Shown piece by piece: positions 15,232 through 23,196 of a stretch of DNA of 38,969 nt. This DNA comes from an uncultured Candidatus Saccharibacteria bacterium (GTDB taxonomy: Bacteria > Patescibacteriota > WWE3 > UBA101185 > UBA10185). The stretch is taken from NCBI GenBank assembly GCA_964525475.1, contig CAZGHA010000001.1:13029-51997 (forward strand). The letters are read 5' to 3'. Position 1 is the first letter of the stretch. Each line of letters starts with the position of its first letter. Both the position numbers and the translations under genes were made by a program. The notes below the pieces were generated by a model. It ran no database searches. It saw nothing but the letters and a program-made list of their open reading frames with translations, and was not told the DNA's origin.

Positions 15232-17295
15232 GTGTTCAAATTAAAGTCACCATTTAAACCTACGGGTGATCAGCCCCAGGCAATAGAGAAGCTTACTAAT
15301 AATATTCAATCTGGCTTGAAGGATCAGGTTCTTTTAGGCGTCACCGGTTCCGGTAAAACTTTTGTTATGGCAAATGTGATAAAAAATTTAAATAAACCCG
15401 CACTTATTATTTCCCACAACAAAACATTGGCCGCCCAGCTTTATCAAGAATTCCGAGACTTTTTTCCTGAAAACGCAGTTGAGTACTTTGTTAGCTACTA
15501 CGATTATTATCAGCCCGAAAGTTATATCCCTTCAACAGATACCTACATCGAAAAAGATTCCGCAATCAACGAAAAAATAGATAAACTTAGACTTTCTGCA
15601 ACCACCTCACTAATGACTAGGAAAGATGTTATTGTTGTTTCTTCGGTTTCCTGTATTTATAACTTAGGCTCACCTGTTGAATATGGAAAAGTAGCAATAG
15701 AACTCAGAACCGGAATGAAACTTAGAAGAAGTGATCTTTTAAAAAGACTTGGTCAAACTTACTACGAACGTTCCGATTATGATTTTAAAAGAGGTACTTA
15801 CAGAGTTGTCGGTGAGGTTATTGACGTTTATCCGGCCTATCAGGACAAGGGTTTAAGATTAGAGATATTTAACGATATTTTAGTAAAACTGTCTCATTTT
15901 GATCCAATAACTGGAAACACTATTACTAAGGAGTTACCTCAAGAAAATCTGGGCGCAAGTTCTAGATCTGCCAAAGAGAATGTTGAGAATTATATTAAGG
16001 AGCGTGACATTAGAGAAGATTTCGCAGTAATTTTTCCTGCTAAACATTACGTAACAGCTGAGGAAACAAGAGAAGAAGCGTTTGTACAAATTGAGAGTGA
16101 TTTGGACAAGCGTCTTTTAGAATTGAGAAAAGAAAATAGGATTGTTGATGCATACAGATTAGAACAAAGAACAAAATACGATTTGGAAATGATGAGAGAG
16201 ATAGGTTACTGCAAGGGAATTGAAAATTATTCGAGATATTTTGATGGAAGAAAACCTGGCGATGCTCCATATTCATTGATGGAGTATTTTCCAAAGGATT
16301 TTATTACGATTATTGATGAATCTCATATGACTGTTCCACAGGTAAGAGGTATGTTCAACGGTGATAAATCTAGAAAAGAAACATTAATAAATTATGGTTT
16401 CAGACTTCCTTCGGCTTTAGACAATCGTCCGTTAAATTTTAATGAATTTATGGAAAGAAGAGGAAGCACGGTTTATGTCAGTGCCACCCCCGATGAATGG
16501 GAGATGGAACAATCAAAGAAAAATATTGTAGAACTTCTACTTAGACCCACGGGAATTACCGATCCCGAAGTTACAATTTTACCAACAAAGGGCCAGGTGG
16601 AAGATTTGTTAGTTAGAATAAACAAAAAAGTCTCCGAGGGACAGCGAGTTTTAGTTACTACTTTAACTAAACGTATGGCAGAGGAGCTTTCCTCATATTT
16701 AGCTGAGAAAAAAGTGAAAGTAACTTATTTACATTCTGACGTGGATACTCTTGAGAGGACCGACATTTTAGATGATCTTAGAAAAGGTGAGTACGATGTT
16801 TTGGTAGGAATTAACTTATTGAGAGAAGGTTTGGATTTACCAGAAGTTAGTTTAGTAGCCATTTTAGATGCAGATAAAGAAGGTTTTTTGAGATCCGAAA
16901 CTTCTTTAATACAGACCATGGGAAGAGCCGCACGACATATTCAGGGTGAGGTTGTGATGTACGCGGATAATGTAACCGGAAGCATGAAACGAGCCATATT
17001 AGAAGTTGAAAGGAGAAGAAACATACAAATTGCTTATAACAAAGAGCATAGCATTTCCCCTCAACAAATTATTAAGCCGATAAGAGAGAAATTAATTGAT
17101 CAGGAAATTGAAGAACAGATAAATGGTAAAAAAGAAGCTTGGGAAGACATCGATTATAGACAGTTACCACCCACTGAGTTGAAAAAAGAGATTAAAAAGC
17201 TAGAAGATATGATGAAATACGAAGCTGAAGTTTTGAATTTTGAAAAAGCCGCATCTCTTAGAGATAAGATAAGAGATATTAAGAAGAATTTTTAA
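15232..17295 (+). CDS. uvrB: excinuclease ABC subunit B
   Basis: GTG start. FKLKSPFKPTGDQPQAI, Walker A GVTGSGKT, DESH box, helicase motifs, C-terminal UVR domain (FEKAASLRDKIRDI). Confidence 0.95.
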   Translation: MFKLKSPFKPTGDQPQAIEKLTNNIQSGLKDQVLLGVTGSGKTFVMANVIKNLNKPALIISHNKTLAAQLYQEFRDFFPENAVEYFVSYYDYYQPESYIPSTDTYIEKDSAINEKIDKLRLSATTSLMTRKDVIVVSSVSCIYNLGSPVEYGKVAIELRTGMKLRRSDLLKRLGQTYYERSDYDFKRGTYRVVGEVIDVYPAYQDKGLRLEIFNDILVKLSHFDPITGNTITKELPQENLGASSRSAKENVENYIKERDIREDFAVIFPAKHYVTAEETREEAFVQIESDLDKRLLELRKENRIVDAYRLEQRTKYDLEMMREIGYCKGIENYSRYFDGRKPGDAPYSLMEYFPKDFITIIDESHMTVPQVRGMFNGDKSRKETLINYGFRLPSALDNRPLNFNEFMERRGSTVYVSATPDEWEMEQSKKNIVELLLRPTGITDPEVTILPTKGQVEDLLVRINKKVSEGQRVLVTTLTKRMAEELSSYLAEKKVKVTYLHSDVDTLERTDILDDLRKGEYDVLVGINLLREGLDLPEVSLVAILDADKEGFLRSETSLIQTMGRAARHIQGEVVMYADNVTGSMKRAILEVERRRNIQIAYNKEHSISPQQIIKPIREKLIDQEIEEQINGKKEAWEDIDYRQLPPTELKKEIKKLEDMMKYEAEVLNFEKAASLRDKIRDIKKNF

Positions 17296-17317
17296 TATAC
17301 TTACGTAACTTATAGCA

Positions 17318-17345
17318 TTGACTATTAGGGTTTATAATATATATT
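17318..17345 (+). promoter_or_regulatory. candidate promoter of the class A PBP gene
   Basis: TTGACT 17318-17323, 16 nt, TATATT 17340-17345. Flanked by 10-bp direct repeats AACTTATAGC (17307-17316 and 17347-17356). Confidence 0.3.
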
Positions 17346-17370
17346 GAACTTATAGCTGTCCTACATTCAT

Positions 17371-19644
17371 ATGATATTTATCGATAAAATATTAAGTGTA
17401 ATTGAATTGGTGGGTGACTTTGTCATTTTTATTTTTGTTTGGATCTTCAAATTACTAAGAGGTTATTTTAAGTTTATTCTGAATGCTTTTACTAAGAAAA
17501 ATAAAGAAGGCAATCGAAAGTCTTTTCTTTTCATTATTTTTTCATTTTTAAAAAAAATTGTCGCAAGTTTTTTTAAATTTGTTTTAAATCCCTTCAAAAA
17601 AACACTCCCATTGCCAAAAAAGATTCTCAAAGCAACCATATTGAGGAAACCCTTCATATTAGGAATTTTGTTTTCTATATTTTTTGTATTTTTTCCAGTA
17701 ATTGTTTACAGGTGGTTTAAAGAACTTCCCGCTCCCGACTCTCTTGTTTTAGAGGCCAATAAAAAGTCAACCGTAATATTGGATAGAAACGGTAAATTAC
17801 TTTATGAAATATACGTTGATAGAAATTATAACCCGGTGAAATTAAATGAGGTTCCGGACTTTGTAATTAAAGCGACTCTGGCGGCTGAAGATGATAAGTT
17901 TTACGAACATTACGGTATTCGAGTAGATAGCGTTATTAGGGCTGTAAAAAACAACCTGACAAAAAAGAATAGTTTGCAGGGTGGTTCCACTATCACACAG
18001 CAGTTAGTTAAAAATGTTCTTTTAACGCCCGAAAGAACTTTTTCTAGAAAAATTAAAGAGGCGGTACTGGCAATTTTAGTAGAAGCAAAATATTCGAAAA
18101 ATGAAATTTTGGAAATGTATTTAAACAACACGCCGTATGGCGGTACCTCATGGGGAATACAATCTGCATCCAAAAAATATTTTAATAAAGATGTGTGGGA
18201 ACTTTCTTTAGCAGAGGCTTCCCTACTTGCAGGTCTTCCCACAGCTCCTACAAGTTACTCTCCCATGAATGATATGAGTTTATCAAAAGAAAGACAGAAA
18301 TATGTCTTAGACCGTATGCTTGAATTAGGTTATATAAACAAAGAGGAGATGGAAGAAGCCTATTCGGAAGAATTTGTATTTGCTAGTCAGGACGGTTACA
18401 TTAGAGCCCCTCATTTTGTTGATTTTATAAGAAAAGACTTAGAGAAAAAATATGGAAAAAGATATGTTGAAACAGAGGGGCTTACTGTAACAACCACCTT
18501 AGATCTTGATCTGCATGATAAGGCTCAGGCAATCGTGTCAGAAGAGGTAAATAAAAACTCATATTTAGGATTTTCTAATGGTGCCGCGGTTGTAATGGAC
18601 GTAAAAAACTCAGAGGTTTTAGCATATGTTGGTTCCATAGATTATTTTAAAGAAAGTTGGGGTGCATACGATGTTGTTACTGCATTAAGACAGCCAGGGT
18701 CTTCAATAAAGCCAGTTACATATGCTTTGGCTTTGTCCGGAAGCTATACTCCTGCATCTATCATTGATGATTCTCCTATAACATACAGATTTTCAGGCTC
18801 GCCTGACTATACCCCTGTAAATTATGACGGTAATTATCATGGTAAGGTCTCTTTAAGACAGGCGCTGGCAAATTCTTACAATATTCCTGCTGTTAAAGTA
18901 GCAAAAAGCGTCGGAATAGATAATATTGTTTTAAAAGGCAGGGAGATGGGACTTACCAATTGGGTGGTAGACGGAAGTTACGGGCTTTCGATAACGCTCG
19001 GAGGTAAGGAGGTACGATTGTTGGATCACACAAATTTGTTCGGTACGTTGGCTAGAAAAGGAATCTACAAAGAACCAAAATATTACATAAGCATAAAAGA
19101 TTCCAGAGGGTACGATGTCTATTTTGATAAAAGAGAGGAGAAACAAGTGTTGTCGCCTGAAGTTTCTTATCTTTTGTGGCATATACTTTCTGATTACTAT
19201 GCCCGGCTCCCGGCTTTCGGTGTGAATAATTTTCTTTCAATACCGGGTCATAGAGTTGCTGTAAAGACCGGAACCACTAATAACATAAAGGATAATTGGA
19301 CGCTGGGGTACACCCCATCTTATGTAGTAGGAGTGTGGGTAGGTAACAACGACGGCAGTCCGATGAGGCAAAATTTAGCTTCCGGGCTTACAGGAGCGGC
19401 TCCAATATGGAATAAAATAATGACAGAAGTGTTAAAGGACCAACCAAAAGAAGATTACCAAATGCCTCAAAATGTTTTTGTCAAAAAGGATGATAAATGT
19501 GGAGTAACGGAAGTTTTTATAAAAGGTACCTATATTCCTCAAAGTCTTTGTCCGGAAAAGGAGGATAAGGACGATGACAAAGATAACGATAAAAAGGAAA
19601 AAGATAATGAGAAAAATAAAAATGAGAGAGAGATTAGGGCTTAG
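17371..19644 (+). CDS. class A penicillin-binding protein (GT51 transglycosylase plus transpeptidase)
   Basis: GT51 motifs EDDKFYEHYGI, GGSTITQQLVKN and RKIKE. Transpeptidase motifs SSIK, SYN and KTGTT. An alternative TTG start at 17611 would remove an unusual 80-aa N-terminal extension. Confidence 0.85.
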   Translation: MIFIDKILSVIELVGDFVIFIFVWIFKLLRGYFKFILNAFTKKNKEGNRKSFLFIIFSFLKKIVASFFKFVLNPFKKTLPLPKKILKATILRKPFILGILFSIFFVFFPVIVYRWFKELPAPDSLVLEANKKSTVILDRNGKLLYEIYVDRNYNPVKLNEVPDFVIKATLAAEDDKFYEHYGIRVDSVIRAVKNNLTKKNSLQGGSTITQQLVKNVLLTPERTFSRKIKEAVLAILVEAKYSKNEILEMYLNNTPYGGTSWGIQSASKKYFNKDVWELSLAEASLLAGLPTAPTSYSPMNDMSLSKERQKYVLDRMLELGYINKEEMEEAYSEEFVFASQDGYIRAPHFVDFIRKDLEKKYGKRYVETEGLTVTTTLDLDLHDKAQAIVSEEVNKNSYLGFSNGAAVVMDVKNSEVLAYVGSIDYFKESWGAYDVVTALRQPGSSIKPVTYALALSGSYTPASIIDDSPITYRFSGSPDYTPVNYDGNYHGKVSLRQALANSYNIPAVKVAKSVGIDNIVLKGREMGLTNWVVDGSYGLSITLGGKEVRLLDHTNLFGTLARKGIYKEPKYYISIKDSRGYDVYFDKREEKQVLSPEVSYLLWHILSDYYARLPAFGVNNFLSIPGHRVAVKTGTTNNIKDNWTLGYTPSYVVGVWVGNNDGSPMRQNLASGLTGAAPIWNKIMTEVLKDQPKEDYQMPQNVFVKKDDKCGVTEVFIKGTYIPQSLCPEKEDKDDDKDNDKKEKDNEKNKNEREIRA

Positions 19645-19670
19645 AGTTTTTTATAATTTTCTTCTCAAAT

Positions 19671-19699
19671 TTGATAAAAAATTTGGGATAAAGTAATAT
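19671..19699 (+). promoter_or_regulatory. promoter of the 92-aa membrane protein gene
   Basis: TTGATA 19671-19676, exactly 17 nt, TAATAT 19694-19699. Confidence 0.5.
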
Positions 19700-19780
19700 C
19701 AAAGAAAGTTTAGAAAAAATATCATTACTGGTTTTTCAGAGACATCTAAAAAATATAAGACTAAAGAAAGAGGAGAGAAA

Positions 19781-20059
19781 ATGTTACAGGATATGGTAGG
19801 AAGTTGGTGGTTTTGGATATCAATTTTTATTGTTTCTTGGCCTCTAAATTTTATTTTTTGGCAAAAAAGAAAAGAGGAAGCGAAACGTATAAGTAATATA
19901 TTTGCACAGTATCACCAGATGTACAAATACCCATTTAATAATGATTTCTGGTATGACATTATGTCAGTTTTGGGCTTTCCGGCTCTCTTGTTTTACCTAG
20001 TATTGTTCGTGACTATTTTTGTTGTTACGCGACTTGTTGAACCTTTCTTTTGGACATAA
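19781..20059 (+). CDS. small Trp/Phe-rich membrane protein (92 aa, two predicted TM helices)
   Basis: Strong SD (AAGAGGAGAgaaaATG), its own sigma70-like promoter upstream and an intrinsic terminator downstream. Hydrophobic segments WWFWISIFIVSWPLNFIFW and VLGFPALLFYLVLFVTIFVV. Confidence 0.55.
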   Translation: MLQDMVGSWWFWISIFIVSWPLNFIFWQKRKEEAKRISNIFAQYHQMYKYPFNNDFWYDIMSVLGFPALLFYLVLFVTIFVVTRLVEPFFWT

Positions 20060-20078
20060 AAAAATCGAATAGTTTTTT

Positions 20079-20119
20079 AAAGCCGAGTTGTTTTATATTT
20101 AAATAACTTGGCTTTTTTA
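20079..20119 (+). terminator. intrinsic terminator after the 92-aa gene
   Basis: AAAGCCGAGTT 20079-20089 pairs with AACTTGGCTTT 20105-20115 (11 bp, one G-U), 15-nt loop, followed by a T-run to 20118. Confidence 0.6.
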
Positions 20120-20148
20120 TATAGTAAATTAAACCCAAATAAAACCCG

Positions 20149-20178
20149 TAGACACGAACGGTGGTTATCTTGTACAAT
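20149..20178 (+). promoter_or_regulatory. uvrA promoter
   Basis: TAGACA 20149-20154, 18-nt spacer, TACAAT 20173-20178 (preceded by TG), 9 nt to ATG 20188. Confidence 0.45.
20155..20168. promoter_or_regulatory. SOS-box-like element in the uvrA promoter spacer
   Basis: CGAACggtgGTTAT resembles the Gram-positive LexA box CGAAC-N4-GTTCG (7 of 8 core GAAC/GTTC positions). Sits between -35 and -10. Confidence 0.35.
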
Positions 20179-20187
20179 GTTTAAGTT

Positions 20188-23100
20188 ATGAAAGATTCAA
20201 TTTCACACATTCTAGTTAGAGGTGCCCGTCAACATAATCTAAAAAACGTGGATTTGGATATTCCAAAAAACAAGATGGTTATTTTTACAGGCGTTTCTGG
20301 ATCAGGAAAATCATCTTTAGCTATGGATACAATTTATGCTGAGGGTCAGAGAAGATATGTGGAAAGTCTTTCTTCTTATGCCAGGCAGTTTTTAGGCGTC
20401 ATGGATAAGCCAGATGTTGATAAAATAGATGGGTTATCTCCAGCAATTGCAATAGACCAAAAAACTACCAGCAAAAACCCACGTTCAACCGTAGGTACTA
20501 TCACCGAGGTTTATGATTTTTTAAGACTTTTATATGCGCGAGTAGGTCATCCTCATTGTCCCAATTGCGGCAGAGAAATAGAGAGGCAGTCTTCTCAAGA
20601 AATAGTAGAAAATATTTTTGAAATTATTTCCCAGGAACCTGATTTTAAAAGTGAAAAGGGCGTTCGATTTATAATATTTTCTCCAATAGTGAAAGACAGA
20701 AAAGGGGAGTTTTCATCACTTTTTGAAAATTTAAAAAAACAGGCAGTGGTAAGAGCAAGAATTGACGGAAGTATAAGGGAGCTAATCGAAGATTTTAATT
20801 TAATCAAGACAAATAAGCACAATGTCGATGCTTTAATATCCAGACACACAGTAAATCAAAAAAAGCTTAAAAAAGAAGAAGATAAAAAAGAAATTGAAAG
20901 TTTAATATATCAATCAGTAGAAACGGCTCTGAGAATGAGCTCAGGTAATGTGGTAGTTACAATAGTAAAAGATAAAACATTTGATTTTTCCCAAAGTCCT
21001 AAGGAATTCGAAGACCATCTTTTTTCAGAAAATTTTGCATGTCCTGTTTGCAACATTTCTCTACCTGAAATAGAGCCCAGAACATTTTCATTTAACACAC
21101 CTTACGGAGCCTGTCCTGCTTGCGACGGGATTGGAAGTCAGCTTAGAGTTGATGCAGACCTTGTTATAAACCCGAGACTTTCGGTTTCTGAAGGCGGGGT
21201 TTTGCCATGGACAAGGCTTTTTGAACATATTACTTGGACATCAAGAGTTGTAAAATCTGTTGCAGAATTTTATAAATTTTCGTTAGACACTCCGATAGGT
21301 GAGTTAAGCCAAGAGGCTAAGAAAATTTTACTTCACGGTGCTGAAGGAAAAAAATTTAAGGTCACATATAAAAGTCAGGAAGGGTCTAAGAGAACCTTCG
21401 ATGCCAATTTTGAAGGAATTATTCCTAATTTATCAAGAAGGTATAGAGAGACTGATTCTGATTTTATAAAAAATGAAATTGAAAAATATATGATTAAAGA
21501 AAAGTGTCCAGTTTGTCTAGGAGCTAGACTTAGAAAAGAATCTTTATCAGTAACTTTAGATGGAAAAAATGTTGATGATGTAGTTCAGATGCCGGTTAAT
21601 AAAGTGCAGGATTGGTTTGTAAATTTATCAGAATATTTAAATTCAAGAGAAAAAGAAATTGCTTCCACTATCTTAAAAGAAATTAATTATCGTTTGAAAT
21701 TTTTAGTAGATGTTGGGCTTGGGTACTTAACTTTGGGCAGAGCTTCCGCAGAGTTATCAGGCGGAGAAGCTCAAAGAATAAGACTTGCCTCTCAAATAGG
21801 GTCCGGCCTAAGTGGTGTTCTTTATGTTTTAGACGAACCGTCTTTAGGTTTGCATCAGGTTGACCAAGGAAAGTTAATTAAAACACTCCACCAGCTTAGG
21901 GATTTGGGAAACACTGTTTTAGTGGTAGAGCATGATGCTGAAACTATTTTAGAAAGTGATTATGTTTTTGATTTTGGACCCGGGGCAGGGGAGCACGGTG
22001 GTTTAGTAGTATCGGAAGGAACGCCGGCTCAAATTAAAAAAGATAAAAATTCATTAACCGGAAGATATTTATCGGGAGATTTAGTTGTTGGTCAAAATCC
22101 TACAAAAGGAAAAAGAACTTTGGAGGATATGTTGGAAGAGGAGTCAAAAAGTAGATTTAACAAGATAGTTAATGGAAAAAGCTTGTTTCTAAAAGGTGCT
22201 AAAGGAAGAAATTTGAAAAATGTAGATCTTAATATTCCTCTTGGAAAGTTTATATGTGTCACTGGCGTATCTGGATCAGGAAAATCTACTTTAGTGATGG
22301 ATACTTTATATCAGGGTTTAAGACAAGAATTTGGATTAAAGATTGAGGAAAAACCCGAGCCTTTTGAGTACATAAAAGGAACTGAAAATATTTCCAACGT
22401 TATTGCAATTGACCAAAGTCCAATAGGAAGAACTCCTAAATCCAATCCCGCCACTTACACAAAAGTTTTCGATCACATCAGAGATCTTTTCTCACAAACA
22501 CAAGAAGCAAAAATCAGAGGATACAGTCAAGGTAGGTTTAGTTTTAACGTAAAAGGTGGGAGGTGCGAAGCTTGCGGTGGTGAGGGGCAGATAAAAATTG
22601 AAATGCAATTTATGCCTGACGTTTATGTTAAATGTGATGTGTGTAAAGGTAAAAGATATAACTCCGAAGCTTTGGAAATAGAGTACAAAGGTAAAAATAT
22701 TTCAGATGTTTTAAACATGACGGTTGAAGAAGCGGTTGGTTTTTTTGAAAACATTCCACAGATCAGAAGAAAGCTAGAAACGTTATATGATGTTGGTTTA
22801 GGTTACATAAGGTTGGGACAACCCGCCCCAACTTTATCAGGAGGCGAGGCTCAAAGAGTTAAACTTGCCCTCGAGTTATCAAAACGTTCCACCGGGAGTA
22901 CGCTATATATCTTAGACGAACCCACAACCGGGCTTCATTTTGCTGATTTAGAAAATCTTATTTCCATATGTAAACGTTTAACAGCTCGCGGAAATACCGT
23001 TTTGATGATAGAGCACAATTTGGATATTGTAAAAAATTGTGATTGGGTAATAGATTTAGGACCCGAGGGTGGAGATGCCGGTGGTGAGATTTTGTTTGAG

Positions 23101-23196
23101 GGTAAGCTGGAAGATATCAAAAATTGTAAAAAATCTAGAACTGCAGAGTCACTACGAGTTGTAGATCAATATTTCAAATCATCTAGTTCGAAATAG
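20188..23196 (+). CDS. uvrA: excinuclease ABC subunit A
   Basis: 1002 aa. Two ABC modules (GVSGSGKSSLAMDT and GVSGSGKSTLVMDT, two LSGGEAQR signatures), zinc-finger cysteine clusters (CPNCG, CPVC..CPAC, CEACGGEG..CDVCKG). Confidence 0.95.
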   Translation: MKDSISHILVRGARQHNLKNVDLDIPKNKMVIFTGVSGSGKSSLAMDTIYAEGQRRYVESLSSYARQFLGVMDKPDVDKIDGLSPAIAIDQKTTSKNPRSTVGTITEVYDFLRLLYARVGHPHCPNCGREIERQSSQEIVENIFEIISQEPDFKSEKGVRFIIFSPIVKDRKGEFSSLFENLKKQAVVRARIDGSIRELIEDFNLIKTNKHNVDALISRHTVNQKKLKKEEDKKEIESLIYQSVETALRMSSGNVVVTIVKDKTFDFSQSPKEFEDHLFSENFACPVCNISLPEIEPRTFSFNTPYGACPACDGIGSQLRVDADLVINPRLSVSEGGVLPWTRLFEHITWTSRVVKSVAEFYKFSLDTPIGELSQEAKKILLHGAEGKKFKVTYKSQEGSKRTFDANFEGIIPNLSRRYRETDSDFIKNEIEKYMIKEKCPVCLGARLRKESLSVTLDGKNVDDVVQMPVNKVQDWFVNLSEYLNSREKEIASTILKEINYRLKFLVDVGLGYLTLGRASAELSGGEAQRIRLASQIGSGLSGVLYVLDEPSLGLHQVDQGKLIKTLHQLRDLGNTVLVVEHDAETILESDYVFDFGPGAGEHGGLVVSEGTPAQIKKDKNSLTGRYLSGDLVVGQNPTKGKRTLEDMLEEESKSRFNKIVNGKSLFLKGAKGRNLKNVDLNIPLGKFICVTGVSGSGKSTLVMDTLYQGLRQEFGLKIEEKPEPFEYIKGTENISNVIAIDQSPIGRTPKSNPATYTKVFDHIRDLFSQTQEAKIRGYSQGRFSFNVKGGRCEACGGEGQIKIEMQFMPDVYVKCDVCKGKRYNSEALEIEYKGKNISDVLNMTVEEAVGFFENIPQIRRKLETLYDVGLGYIRLGQPAPTLSGGEAQRVKLALELSKRSTGSTLYILDEPTTGLHFADLENLISICKRLTARGNTVLMIEHNLDIVKNCDWVIDLGPEGGDAGGEILFEGKLEDIKNCKKSRTAESLRVVDQYFKSSSSK

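Noticed and set aside
20291-22311. About 88% nucleotide identity between the two Walker-A segments of uvrA (20291-20331 versus 22264-22304)
   Set aside because: It is explained by identical amino-acid motifs (GVSGSGKS.L.MDT) combined with strong AT-biased codon choice. Identity decays immediately outside the motif, so it is not evidence of recent gene conversion.
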